DNA of 64,000 bases. It comes from Octopus sinensis. Taxonomy: Eukaryota. Shown here one piece after another: positions 11,701 to 26,013 of this stretch. Where the stretch lies: positions 55,490,001 through 55,554,000 of the forward strand of contig NC_042999.1 of assembly GCF_006345805.1 (NCBI RefSeq), read 5' to 3'. Made by a program: the position numbers and the translations under genes. The notes beneath the pieces were generated by a model, which did no database searches, had not been told where the DNA came from, and was given only the letters and a program-made list of their open reading frames with translations. Numbering within the stretch: position 1 is the stretch's first letter; each line of letters opens with the position of its first letter.

Positions 11701-12608
11701 AATAAACCCAGTTAAGCATTTTGTATGGTACCCGGTGCTTTACTACTCCCAAACAATTATTGCTGTTGTTTTCAGCTCGTAAAAGGCAAGAAAAGAAACC
11801 AAGAAAGTATGAAATATGAAGTAATAAAACCTGTCAATATGAACCGAATGCTTCTTCACAACATTTTCCAGCGTTGTCGTTCTTCTTTCTTTCTTTTTCC
11901 ACCTTTTGTAAATTCCATTCACGAAAAGAAATTAGCAAACTTGATTTTATATTTCTTTTTTGTTATTGGTGACAATAGCTTGAATGTGCAACATTTATTG
12001 TTGACGAACTATCTTGGTTAGCATTTAAGGAAATCCACTAACAGGTTGGGTTATTCAGAATTTATCAAAGAAATATGTTGTGTCATCAACGTTTCTTCTT
12101 TCGTACCAAAGCATACTTTTATGCAGCCAAGTATTTCTATAGAGCTACAGAAAATATCTTTTAGTCGACTTACCAGCCAATTTACTATAACTAATATCTC
12201 TATCTTTGATACCAATAAACTTTCAACGAACAACAGCTACTTTTGTATCTTCATACAATAGCAGCCATAAACCTTTTTCTGGTTTCATCCTGACCCATTT
12301 TGACAAATCAATAATCCTCTTTGAGACTTTTTAAAAAAATATTTAAATAAAAAGAAACAAAGAGGGCACACGTAACAGTCGATACTTTGTAAATGTGGTG
12401 TTGGGGCTCTGATGCGAAGGAGCGTGGCCTAGTGGTTAGTGTGTTGGTCTCAGAATTATACAAGTCATTTGTTCAATTCTTGAATCGGGCAACGCGTGTG
12501 TTCCTAACGTTTTACATGTCCTGTGTCTTACATGTGGTACACAGGGTATATTTGCCTGATGTTCTTCATTTGATACATATTTTTAATATACATACATACA
12601 CGCACACA

Positions 12609-12980
12609 GCAGGAGTGGCTGTGTGGTAAGTAGCTTGCTAACCAACCACAGGGTTCCGGGTTCAGTCCCACTGCGTGGCATCTTGGGCAAGTGTCTTCTG
12701 CTATAGCCCCGGGCCGACCAATGCCTTGTGAGTGGATTTGGTAGACGGAAACTGAAAGAAGCCTGTCGTATATATGTACATTTATGTATATGTGTGTGTG
12801 TTTGTCCTCCTAGCATTGCTTGACAACCGATGCTGGTGTATTTATGTCCCCGGCAAAAGAGACCGATAGAATAAGTACTGGGCTTACAAAGAATAAGTCC
12901 TGGGGTCGATTTGCTCGACTAAAGGCGGTGCTCCAGCATGGCCACAGTCAAATGACTGAAATAAGTAAATGAAAAAAGAG
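12609..12980 (+). mobile_element. Complete SINE family A copy
   Basis: tRNA-like head GGCTGTGTGGTAAG..GGTTCAGTCCC, central (TA/TG)n, tail AAAGGCGGTGCTCCAGCATGGCC; further copies at 14517-14647(-), 15386-15540(+), 31721-31882(+), 40941-41034(+), 58270-58830(-), 60475-60845(-). Confidence 0.85.
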
Positions 12981-12982
12981 TA

Positions 12983-13031
<49 letters not shown>

Positions 13032-13106
13032 TATATAAAGAAACAATAAAAAGAGTGCAATATTTCGACAGTTCTTATTGTTCCTTTACTTTCTGGTAGA
13101 TTAACA

Positions 13107-13308
<202 letters not shown>

Positions 13309-13311
13309 GAG

Positions 13312-13478
13312 AGGTTGGTTATAAGCCTCTCCACGCGCCAGAAATAGAGACCAAAAGATGCTAATACCACCTTAAAAACTCCAAAAGATAAAACAAGGGC
13401 GGGGGGGGGCTTTCAAGGTAGTATTAGTGTCTTTCGGCGTCTATTTCTAGCGCGTGGAGAGGCTTATAACCAATTCCT
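13312..13478. mobile_element. MITE-like foldback element
   Basis: ~65-bp imperfect inverted arms (GGTTATAAGCCTCTCCACGCGC.. / ..GCGCGTGGAGAGGCTTATAACC). Confidence 0.6.
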
Positions 13479-14114
13479 TGTTGTAATTATGTATATATTT
13501 ATTATAATATTTGTAAAATTCACCTATAAGGTTTTTATGTCCACGCTAACCCCTTGGTAAAATCATTAATGATTTTTACCCTTTATTGTAATTACACACA
13601 CACACACACACACACACATATGTATATATATATATATAATATATATATATATTAGAAGAAATGAGGTAATCAGAAGATCGGATGGTTTGTATTTACAGAT
13701 ATTTATTTGTATATTACATTTTTTACATATATATCATATCACTTAGTTTGTTAGCGCTTTCTCCCATTCTAGTGGGGTTTTCAAATGAAAACCGTATATA
13801 TATATATATATACGGAGGCTGGTATTATCCGATGATGGAATCAATTCACAATGATTATTTTGGCCCACCACACCCCCAGAAACAGCTGTTGGGCTGGTAA
13901 AACTATTATTCACCACCTTTAATTCTTGATATCATTTCCATTCTGTGTAAGTCAGAATATTTTTTCATATGTAAACCTATGTACATTTTTGTATTAAATG
14001 TATTTAATATTTTTTATATCGACTTGCCTAATTTGCTTATCTTTAAATTTACTCTTATATATACACACATGCATACGTACATACATACACATATACATAC
14101 ATATACATACATAC

Positions 14115-14165
<51 letters not shown>

Positions 14166-14954
14166 ATAATAAAGAGAGAGTTTTTAGGGCAGTATTATAT
14201 ATATTTTTGAAAGAATGAGTAGAGATGGCTTTTTTGAGGAGATAATCTTTATCTTAATCTTAATGATAATGTTTGCAGTGTATTACTCTGATATGAGTTT
14301 CAAGCTTCATGTAGCCGTTTTCAAACTGAAAAATGTATGTTTTATTGGTTGCTTAAATAGCAAAAGAATTTTTCCTACAAGTATACATACAAAAAATATA
14401 CAGATAAAAAAAAAGAAGATAAAAAAATTATTTAGAATATTTTAAAGACTAGATAAAAATAAATAAAAATGATATATATCTATGTATAAAGAATACAAAA
14501 GCATGTGTTAAGAATAAATCCACTCACAAGGCTTTGGTCGGTTCGAGGCTATAGCAGAAGACACTTGCCCTAGGTACCACACAGTACGATTGAACCCGAA
14601 ACCGTGTGGTTGGAAAGCAAGCTTTTTACTGCACTGCCACACCTGCGTCTATAGACAAGCCTGTGATAAAGCTTTATTATTTGCAGCCCCACCAGAATCA
14701 ATACATTATGTGTACAATGCAGAAAATGTCCAAATGACTCCAGTATCAAGTTCACAAGTCACTTCTGGCTTGGCTCCGGAGCCATACGCTCCCTATAAAG
14801 ATGGACCTCACATCATATAAGAACATTGTGACACAACTTTTTACGTCAACCGGTCCTGCCTTATTCATCATTATTCGAAAGAAAACAAAGGAAAACAACC
14901 CCATAACTTTTAAGCGGTTTTCTGGACGAATTCCTCTAAGGAATACCTATTTCT

Positions 14955-15181
14955 TTATTACCCACAAGGGGCTAAACATAGAGGGGACAAACAAGGACAG
15001 ACATAGGTATTAAGTCGATTACACCGACCCCAGTGCGTAACTGGTACTTAATTTATCGATCCCGAAAGGATGAAAGTCAAAGTCGACCTCGGCGGAATTT
15101 GAACTCACAACGTAACGGCAGACGAAATACGGCTACGCATTTCGCCCGGCGTGCTAACGCTTCTGCCAGCTCGCCGCCTTG
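14955..15181 (-). mobile_element. SINE family B copy
   Basis: Reverse complement of the 10164 family; others at 33979-34210(+), 46610-46825(+), 52845-53010(+), 54210-54380(+), 60930-61195(-), 62800-63160(+). Confidence 0.85.
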
Positions 15182-15592
15182 AAATACCAAAGAAACCATC
15201 GATATCCGCATACAGCTCGGCAAACGACAGGTCCCTACTCAATTAGGCCATAATGTCCGAAAAAAAATGACTTAAATTTCTACCCAGGTAGTGCTGTTAA
15301 GTTAGATATGACCTGGGCAAATAATGGACCAATCTTTGAAGGGCGTTATTGCCAATAAGGAAACAAGCACTGGTTCTATTTCACTGGCTGTATGGTAAGA
15401 AGTTTGCTTTCCAGCCACAGGGTTCCGGTTTTAGTCCGGCTGCGTAGCACCTTGGGCAAGTGTCTTTGACTATGGCCCCCGTCAACTAAAGCTTTGCGAG
15501 TGGATCTGGTAGACAGAAATTGAAAGAAACCTGTCGCATACATGTATTGTATGCGTGTATATGTGTGTGCATGTGTGCGTGCCTATAGACAA

Positions 15593-15800
<208 letters not shown>

Positions 15801-16104
15801 ATTATTCAGTTTTATTTCAAGATTTCTTGCTAATAGAGAAAGAACCGGTTTCTAACCTAGATCCCAAGCTCCTTTAATGGAATTTCAATATCAACAGGTT
15901 ATTTTTGTATGTATGTATGTATGTATGTATGTATGTATGTATGTATGTATGCATGTATGCATGTATGTATGTATGTATGTATGTATGTATGTATATGTAC
16001 AGATTTGTATGTTTTGTTTTATTTATGTCTTCTCATGCATATAGTTGCATATCCCGACATGCTCATATATATTTAAATGTAAGCATATATATATATTTAA
16101 ATGA

Positions 16105-16800
16105 TAAACTTCTGGAATGTTTTACAAATTTTTACAGTTCCAGTGATGGACTTGATCTGTAGTCTTCGAATCAGCTTTCTCCTTTCTGGTTATAAGAAGC
16201 CTAAGTTCTCAAGATTGGTATTTAAGCAGTGTTACATATCACAGGGCTCCAATAATTACAGGTACAAACCTGAACTTGTAATCTGGATAGAGTAACTGCA
16301 GGTTTCTCAATATTTCAGCATAGGTGTTCTCTTTTTCACTGATCTTCAGCTTTATGTTAACATCTGCTGGGCAACTAATTTCCACAATTGTACAGTTTCT
16401 CTTCTCTATCCCAAATCAAGTCTGTTGTGCTTACATTCTATTGGGGTCTTCACTGGGACATTCCACCAGCACTCCTTTTTATTATGAGTGGCTATGGCTT
16501 TTACCATCCTGTGGGCTCTTATTTCTTTGTCCTCGAGGTTATCTCGTTATACAGTGACCTAACCACAACATCATGTCTCAACGGTAGATAATACCGCGAA
16601 TAACTGTTTAAGTTGTGGGTGATAACTTTGGTCTTAACTTCACAAAGTCTGCATCGGTTGTCACATTTTGCAGCTTTTCCTGCATCGCTGTTCCTTTCGT
16701 ACATCAGGAATTTGGTTGATTTTTCCTGTTCCTGGATCGCAAACTCATACCCTTCAAATTGGGAGGTAGTAATCCGGCTATTCGTCCATGATAGACTGCT
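16105..16800 (-). mobile_element. 3' fragment (CCHC plus REL region) of an R4/Dong-like LINE
   Basis: Minus translation FEGYEFAIQEQE..CRLCEVKT..YLPLRHDVVVRSLYNEI..ECWWNVPV. Confidence 0.75.
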
Positions 16801-17084
16801 TCAATGAACAATGTTACTATCATATGAATGTATGTATATATTATGCGTGCTAGTGTGTTTGTGCATGTGCGTGTGTGTATTTGTGTCTGCGTTTGTCTCC
16901 CACCGCCACTTGACAACCGGTGGTGGTGTGTTTACGTCATCGTAATTAAGTGGTTTTGCAATAATAGACCAATAGAATGTCAGAGATGCGCATATCGTCA
17001 GCCACTAAGGGACATGCTCAACCGGTTACGGTCAAACAGCTGACAAGCAAATCTGTGGTATTAAGGGTATTAAGCAAAATCAAT

Positions 17085-17779
17085 AACAAACAATATCCTC
17101 TGGGATTTTCCCAATCCAAACAGATCAGGTGCTAGAGCATAACAGACTGGACCTCGTGATGGTGGACAGGGTGCACCACATATACTATACAGCTGATGCT
17201 GAACGCCCCTTTGACCCACGAATAATCAAGAATGAAGGCAAAAAGATAGATAAAAACAACCCTATTAAGTACGAAATAGCCCGGCTATGGAAAATGAAGA
17301 ACGTGAAGATACTGCCAATTATTGTTGGGTCCTTGGGAACAGTATCAGAAAGCGTCAAGGGGAATTCATCCAAAAGCAGGAGTAGCAGGACTATACTTAC
17401 CTAGAAAGGAAAGTGGAAGAGGGTTAGTATCAGTAGAAGACTGCGTAGAGTTAGCTAGAGTAGATATAGACTCCTATGTAGGTAATAGTGAAGAAAATTT
17501 ATTAAGAGCTTCTAGAGTCACAATAGGACTTGAGGAAACTAAAAAGCCAGAAAAAAGAAGGAAGATTATCTGATTGGCAAGAGAAGGCTTTGCATGGTAG
17601 ATTCCAACAATAGTTTCAGGGAATAGTAGTAGTGAAAATAGGTGGGTAAAGAAAAGAGTGCATGGACAATTTCATAGGGGTATTGAAGATAAGACAGACA
17701 GAGAAAAAAGATGGCTATGGATGATTAAAAGTAATTTAAAACTGGAAACGGAGGTTCTAGTCTGTGCTGCCCAAGAGTT
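17085..17779 (+). mobile_element. Two Dong-like fragments in permuted order (REL 17085-17357; post-RT region 17358-17779)
   Basis: ILWDF..TDQVLEHNRLDLVMVD..ILPIIVGSLG, followed by HPKAGVAGLYLPRKESGRGL..HGQFHR..ETEVLVCAAQE. Confidence 0.75.
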
Positions 17780-18660
17780 TGAGATTACAACAAACCAGGG
17801 AGTGGTTTGTGTTGCAGTCGGCTCTCTGAAAATATCGAGTCAGGAGAACATTCCTCAGGTGGTGGAGTCTTGTGATAATCAAATCTAGCTGGTGCCAGGG
17901 CCCTGAGTGAGGGTGACGCCAGGCGACCCTGTGTTGAGCTTTGGCCTGGAAGTAAATGTTGGTGACACATAGTCTTTGGAGCATGCAGAGCTCAAGCAAC
18001 TGTTGCCCATTTTCGTTCATGTTGCCAACCCTGTACCGACCCATACTAGCAGTTGTGATCAACTCTCACTCTGGCGCGGAAGTCACCAAGTAGCACCAGC
18101 TGTTCTCCATTTGGGACCGCCTGTATTTTCCTAGGGAGATGATCATAGGACTTGGCATCTTATGCGGAATAGAGGGCTGGAACATAAGCACCGATAAAGT
18201 TGATAGCTCCAACAGAAGTGTGCAATCGAAGTGAGAGCATCCGCTCTAAACCGCCGCTGTTGAGTTCTACCAACTTTAGCAGAGAGTTCTTCACAGCAAA
18301 GCCGACACTATGCTCTATGATTTCATCTGTGCCTTTCCCTAGTCAGAAAAAAAGGTATAATCTCTTTCACGAAGGGTACAAAGTTTGGGAGTCTCGTTTC
18401 CTGGAGTAGTTGTTCGTTGTTGATCACTGCTATCTTGCATGTGTCGCTGATCTTTTGAAGGTCCCCTGACAGACCAGTTGTCATGGTCCTTATGTTCCAG
18501 TATCCGAGTCTGAATGCTGGCTTTTTGCGTTGCTTGCTTGCTTATTTGTTCATTTTTCTTGGTGCAATGTTTACACCTCACGATTCGCGATGTTAGTTTA
18601 CCTGAGCTTCACGCACCCAGTGGAGCAGGTGGGCTGTGACATGACAGCCCCTAACTGACT
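17779..18660 (-). mobile_element. RTE-clade LINE 5' part (5'UTR plus APE endonuclease), inverted
   Basis: LGYWNIRTM, HSVGFAVKNSL, IGAYVP, NENGQQLLELC, WRHPHSGPWHQLDLII, NHSLV. Confidence 0.85.
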
Positions 18661-19690
18661 GGGGAAAAGCACCTGGTTTTGATGGCATCCCACCGGAGAT
18701 CATCAGATGTGCAAGAAGAGTCCTACTTAGCCACTTGCTGAAGCTACTGTTCCAGTGCCGGGAGGAGGGATCAGTGTCGCAATACATGGGAGACTGCATC
18801 AAGGTGCACCAGATACTCATCAGAGGAATGCTGTTCGCAGACGATGCAGTAGTGACAGCGCACTCTGAGGAGCGAATGCAGCACCTCGTGGACAAACTTT
18901 CAAAGGCCTGTCAGGAATTCAGCCTGACCATCAGTCTGAAGAAGATCCAAGTAATGGGTCAAAGTGTCAAGCACGCCCACACCATCACCATCAACAACTA
19001 CAAGCTGGAGGTAGTCTATCAATTCACCTATCTCGGCTCTACCATTGCTGATGACCTCTCTCTAGACCCTGAGATCAACAGGCGAATCAGACAAGCATCC
19101 TCCACATTTTCCAGGCTCACAAAGAGAATCTGGGGAGACAAAAAGACTGGCTACAAACACCAACATTATTTTCTATAAGGCATGTGTACTTAGTACGCTA
19201 CTTTATGGCTGTGAGACGTGGAGTCTCTACTCTAGACAGGAGCAACGTCACAACGTCTTTCACCTTCGCAATCTAAGACGCATCTTGGACATCAAAGGAA
19301 TCGACCACCTCACCAACATCGAAGTCCTCAACCGAGCCAAGATATCCAGTACACACATCTTGCTCCGGGAGCGTCGTTTGCGCTGGACCGGTCATGTTCA
19401 TCGCATGCGAGACGGAAGGATCCCAAAAGACTACTTGTTTGGGAAATTGTCTAATGGTAGAAGAGCACGAGAACGACCTCATCTTCGTTTCAAAGATATC
19501 TGTAAGAGTGATATAAAGTCGCTTGATCTGGACGTCCTGAGATGAGAGGAGATTGCAAATGATCGACTACTCTGGAGGCAAATACTGTGAAACAGAATGA
19601 AGAGAGCGGAAGAAAAAAGGGATTCGCCATCAAAGAAAAGCGAACTCGACGGAAGAAAAAATCATCCATGGCCTCTCGAGGCTAACGGAT
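18661..19690 (+). mobile_element. RTE-clade LINE 3' part (internally deleted RT)
   Basis: GKAPGFDGIPPE, MLFADDA, FTYLGSTI, LLYGCETW, LRWTGHVHRM. Confidence 0.88.
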
Positions 19691-19697
19691 GCCTACT

Positions 19698-20368
<671 letters not shown>

Positions 20369-20502
20369 TGTAAGCATAATTTATTATAATGTAAGCATAA
20401 TTTATTATAATGTAAGCATAATTTATTATAATGGAAGCATAATTCATTATAACGTAAGTATAATTTATTATAATGGAAGCATAATTTATTATAATGTAAG
20501 CT
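20369..20502. repeat. 21-bp minisatellite, ~6.5 copies (TGTAAGCATAATTTATTATAA)
   Basis: Direct reading. Confidence 0.92.
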
Positions 20503-20999
20503 TAAATAATTATACACCGGAATTATTATTACACGATGAAGGCTGCGAAACGACCGTAATCCTAAGGATACTAAATGATTAAAGAACTAATCCTAAGAAC
20601 ACCAAGTGTGTTCTCATTCCTAGAGACATTTTACGAGTCATATAGGTGTGTGCGTGCGTGTGTGTATGTGTGCGTGTGTGAGTGTGTATATGTGCGTATA
20701 TGTATACGTAAATATACACACACATACATATAATTATGTATACATAATACATTATGGCGGGAAATTTGTGACCTCATACGATTATGCAACTTACCCAATG
20801 TATATGCAAACATATATACATATGTGTATGTGTATATATGTATATATATATATACACACTCATAAATATATATATATACATGTATATATACATATATATT
20901 ATATATATATACACATATATACACAAGCATATATACATATGTCTATGTGTATAATGTGTATATATACATATATATATATATATAATATATGTTAATATA

Positions 21000-21037
<38 letters not shown>

Positions 21038-21468
21038 TATATATATATTGGCATATATGTCTGTGTATTTGTGAATGCGTGTGCGCGCGCGTTAAGACAT
21101 ATCATTCTAAAGCTATCATTGTATTATAATTTTATATCAGGCGTAAACGGTGTAAATGTTATTCATGAAATATAAGGACAATGGCTTGTGATTAGTGTTT
21201 TCTAGAAGCTGTTAAACTGTACGTGTTAACATGTCAGGCCGGTGATCTGGGTTATTAACTTTGAACAAAACAACACTAACATTTGTAAGTAAATAATGGA
21301 TTGGAGCTTTAAATACTCTTTCTATAACCTATCTGTCTATTATTCTGTTTGTCAATCTGGCTGTCTATGCACATGCATACACGTATATAGCACACGCACA
21401 CACATATGTATACACACACGCATATGTAAATAGATAGATAGACCGACAGACGGATAGATAGACAGATA

Positions 21469-22756
21469 TCAGGTCATCCCATAAGTTCTGTCCGATTTTA
21501 CCTTTTTTAAAACTAAATGAATTTTAATAGTATTTTAGAATGTCTAATGGAGCTAAAAATTATTTTTATGCATTTGTGTACATTTAAACTAATTGAATAT
21601 TATTTTACAGAATAATAGAATTAAAATTTCTTTGATTAAAGCCCTTTCTAACATGGGAGTATCCAAAGAGCATTTGAAGCATATAATGCTTTATGAGCAC
21701 GAAAAGGGAAGCTCTGCAGCCGAAGCGACTCGAAACATACACTCAATTTATGGGAAATAATGCTTGAATGAAAGAACTTGTAGAAGATGCTTTGCAAAAT
21801 TCAGAAGTAAAGATGTCAGCCTTGAAGATGAAGATCGAACAGGACGTCCAGTCGAGTTTGATGATAAGCTCCTTGAGGTATTTCTTGAAGAAAATCTTGC
21901 ATTATCAGTTGAAGAATTGGCAATAAAGCTTAGTTCAAACCGTACAACTATTCATCATCATCTTCAACAACTTGGAACGGTTCCTAAACTTGGAAAATGG
22001 GTGCCTCATGAATTGTCCGAAAGCAACCGCAAATCCCGAGTTGGCATCTGCTCTTCTCTCCATTCTTGCGAACTCATTTCACCTTTTTGCACAGACTTGT
22101 GACTGGTGAGGAAAAATGCATCTTCTATCGAAGTGTTAAACGTCGTAAATAGTCACTTAGTAAAATGGAAAATGCTCAACTATAACTGAGAAGGAGACTT
22201 CATGGAAAGAAGGTTCTTCTCTCTATCTGATGGGAATGCAAAGGAGTAATTCACTTTGAATTGTTACCACCTAATGCAACAATCAATGCTCAAGTCTACT
22301 ATCAGCAATTAGAGCGTTTGAACCAAACTTTGAAGAAAAAAAAGACCCGCTTTAGTGAATCGAAAAGGAGTGATGTTTTATCAGGTCAATGCGTGAACCC
22401 ACACTGCAAAGATCACATCACAAAAAATCGAAGAGCTTGGTTGGGAAAAAATTCCTCATCCACCTTATTCTCCCGACCTTGCTCCTTCAGACTACCATTT
22501 GCTTCGTAGTTTACAGAATCATTTGGGGGACATAACTTTCGCAAACCAGGAGGAGGTCGAAACTGACATTTCAGAGTTCTTCGCTTTGAAACCAAAAGAG
22601 TTTTATATTGATGGGATTAAAAAGCTTGTAAATAGATGGAAGGAAGTCATAGATAATCAGGAAAAGTACATTGATGATTAAATTCTAATTAAATATAACG
22701 TTTGATCACTTGTTTTCTTTATTCGAAATTCGGAGAGAACTTATGGGATAACCTGA
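21469..22756 (+). mobile_element. Full-length (1288 bp) defective mariner transposon
   Basis: ITRs TCAGGTCATCCCATAAGTTCT / AGAACTTATGGGATAACCTGA, TA on both sides; transposase relic from ATG ~21654 with WVPHEL and HPPYSPDLAPSDYHL; multiple stops and frameshifts. Confidence 0.93.
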
Positions 22757-22776
22757 TAGATAGATAGATAGATGAC

Positions 22777-22845
<69 letters not shown>

Positions 22846-22909
22846 TTATGAACTGGAAGCGCTCTGAATTAATGGATTCAGGACAAGAATATCTAGAGAT
22901 CCAGACCAT

Positions 22910-22989
<80 letters not shown>

Positions 22990-23083
22990 TATGATATATA
23001 TATATATGTATATATATATTTGTATATACATAATATATATATATATATATATATAATATATCATATATTATATAATATATTAA

Positions 23084-24836
23084 TAGGTAAACAGTAAAAT
23101 TAAATACAGACATGGACAAGAACATGAAACACCACAGAGACGACACAAGAACCACAGGACGGGACATTCGAAGCCCTCAGTCATCAGTCAAGAACCAGAT
23201 CATCTTAGCAATTTCGGCTGATTAATCTTGAGATTGCTCCGATATGGCCAGCCAGCCAAGGGAAATCTAAGCCAAGCGCATTAGATCCCCTGGAAGAAAG
23301 CTTCGAATGTATACAACGAAAGGACGGAAAACGATCGAAGTACACAAACAAAAATACAGAATACGTGACACCAATAAGAATACAAAAACGTAAAAACAAT
23401 AACGGTAAAAATAAAAAATAATAAATAAACAACAAAACAAAACCAGGACGTAGGACAAGGGTCTTTCGACAGGACGATTTGAGTAGGGGCTGGCTTGTGA
23501 AGTTGTGCCTAAAGGCCACGGGGAGACGAACAAATCCGTGTTGCTTCTGAGGCTGCTGAAAACGAAAAGAGCGCTCAACAGCGGCTAGCTGTCACGTGAG
23601 ACCAAAGACAGGAGAAAGGGACAGATGAAAAGGGAGAGAAGGTGGACGAGGGAGGAGAAGAAGAGACAGATCGAGGGGGCTGAGGTGAGAGAGATAGAGA
23701 AACGTAGAAGGGGGGGGACGGATGGAGGGGAAAGAACGGAAGTGGAATAAGGGAGGAGGGAGAGAGAGAGAAAGAGACAGATTAAGAGTCGTATCAAAGC
23801 TTGAGAAAAAATATACTATCGTATAATAAGGACAATTGTGATACGTAGCCGCCGATTATATAGGTAAACAGTAAAATTAAATACAGACATGGACAAGAAC
23901 ATGAAACACCACAGAGACGACACAAGAACCACAGGACGGGACATTCGAAGCCCTCAGTCATCAGTCAAGAACCAGATCATCTTAGCAATTTCGGCTGATT
24001 AATCTTGAGATTGCTCCGATATGGCCAGCCAGCCAAGGGAAATCTAAGCCAAGCGCATTAGATCCCCTGGAAGAAAGCTTCGAATGTATACAACGAAAGG
24101 ACGGAAAACGATCGAAGTACACAAACAAAAATACAGAATACGTGACACCAATAAGAATACAAAAACGTAAAAACAATAACGGTAAAAATAAAAAATAATA
24201 AATAAACAACAAAACAAAACCAGGACGTAGGACAAGGGTCTTTCGACAGGACGATTTGAGTAGGGGCTGGCTTGTGAAGTTGTGCCTAAAGGCCACGGGG
24301 AGACGAACAAATCCGTGTTGCTTCTGAGGCTGCTGAAAACGAAAAGAGCGCTCAACAGCGGCTAGCTGTCACGTGAGAACAAAAGACAGGAGAAAGGGAC
24401 AGATGAAAAGGGAGAGAAGGTGGACGAGGGAGGAGAAGAAAGAGACAGATCGAGGGGGCTGGAGGTGAGAGAGATAGAGAAACGTAGAAAGGGGGGGGAC
24501 GGATGGAGAGGGAAAGAACGGAAGTGGAATAAGGGAGGAGGGAGAGAGAGAGAAAAAGAGACAGATTAAGAGTCGTATCAAAGCTTGAGAAAAAAATATA
24601 CTTATCGTATAAGGACAATTGTAGATACGTAGCCGCCGATTATATAGGTAAACAGTAAAATTAAATACAGACATGGACAAGAACATGAAAACCACAGAGA
24701 CGACACAAGAACCACAGGACGGGATTCGAAGCCCTCAGTCATCAGTCAAGAACCAGATCATCTTAGCAATTTCGGCTGATTAATCTTGAGATTGCTCCGA
24801 TATGGCCAGCCAGCCAAGGGAAATCTAAGCCAAGCG
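23084..24836. repeat. Tandem array of a ~777-bp interspersed-repeat unit (2 full copies plus a partial third)
   Basis: TAGGTAAACAGTAAAATTAAATACAGAC recurs at ~23084, ~23861 and ~24646; related sequence at 37664-37880 and 38030-38330. Confidence 0.9.
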
Positions 24837-25215
24837 ACTATGTTTGCATGTATTGTGTGCGTGTGAGTATGTTTGCATGTGTGTGTGTATGTGTGTGTGT
24901 TTGAGTGTGTATATGTGCGTGTATGTATACGTAAATATACACACACACATACATATAATATACTTATGGCGGGAAATTTGTGACGTCATACGATTATGCA
25001 ACTTTCCCAAAGTATACACAAATATATATATATACGTATATATGTGTATGTATATATATATATATACATACATATATATACACATATATATACATGTATA
25101 TATATGCATATACATCATATATATATATATACGCATATTTACACAAAGATATATACATGTCTATGTGTATATATGTATATATATATACATATATTTTTAT
25201 ATATACATATACGTG

Positions 25216-25251
<36 letters not shown>

Positions 25252-25627
25252 GACTTACAAAGTTATCAGTGGCGCGTAAATTAGCAAACACGTTAGAATA
25301 TATATGTGAGCGTGTGTGTGTGTGTCTGTCTGTCTGTGAGCGAGCGTGCGCGCGTGTGTGCGTGTAGAGAGCGTGGGTGCATATAGCAGATGTGAATGAA
25401 GATATATAAGTGTATATGTACAATGTGTGTATATAAATGTGTATAAAGCAGGAGATTTGGTTGACTGATAGAGAAGTATTTAATTATATACAACTATATA
25501 GGAACATTCACTTTCACACATATATATGCGCTGATATATATATGTATATACATATTCATATATATATATACATACATACATATATTTATATACCCATGTA
25601 TATATATATATATATATATATACTCAC

Positions 25628-25675
<48 letters not shown>

Positions 25676-25967
25676 CTGTGGGGGAGGGGTTTGTTTTGTG
25701 TATTTATGTACTAACGTAAACAACACAAGCATATTTACGTTTGTGCGTACATCTGTGTGGGTGTAATAAATATATTAATGTATGTTGTCATTATTTGGCT
25801 GTTTTTGGCAATAGATTTTAAGTCTTTCAATACAAATACGAAGTGGAACCGGATGGTAAATACACTCACTCGCACTCACACACACTCACACACACACACA
25901 CGCTACTACCTTGATGCATGTACATATGGACGCATATATACATATATGTATGTATATGTGTGTGTGG

Positions 25968-26013
<46 letters not shown>

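Noticed and set aside
20369-20502. CRISPR-like repeat array
   Set aside because: Contiguous units with no spacers, eukaryotic context, no cas genes
23181-23195. CTGATGA on minus in the 777-bp unit as a hammerhead (also cores at 30669-, 43202+, 53052+, 57428+)
   Set aside because: No correctly placed GAAA, stem III and matching stem I partner could be found
23205-24355. Identical duplicated 104-aa and 103-aa ORFs
   Set aside because: Arise from the tandem repeat unit; no protein motif or splice support
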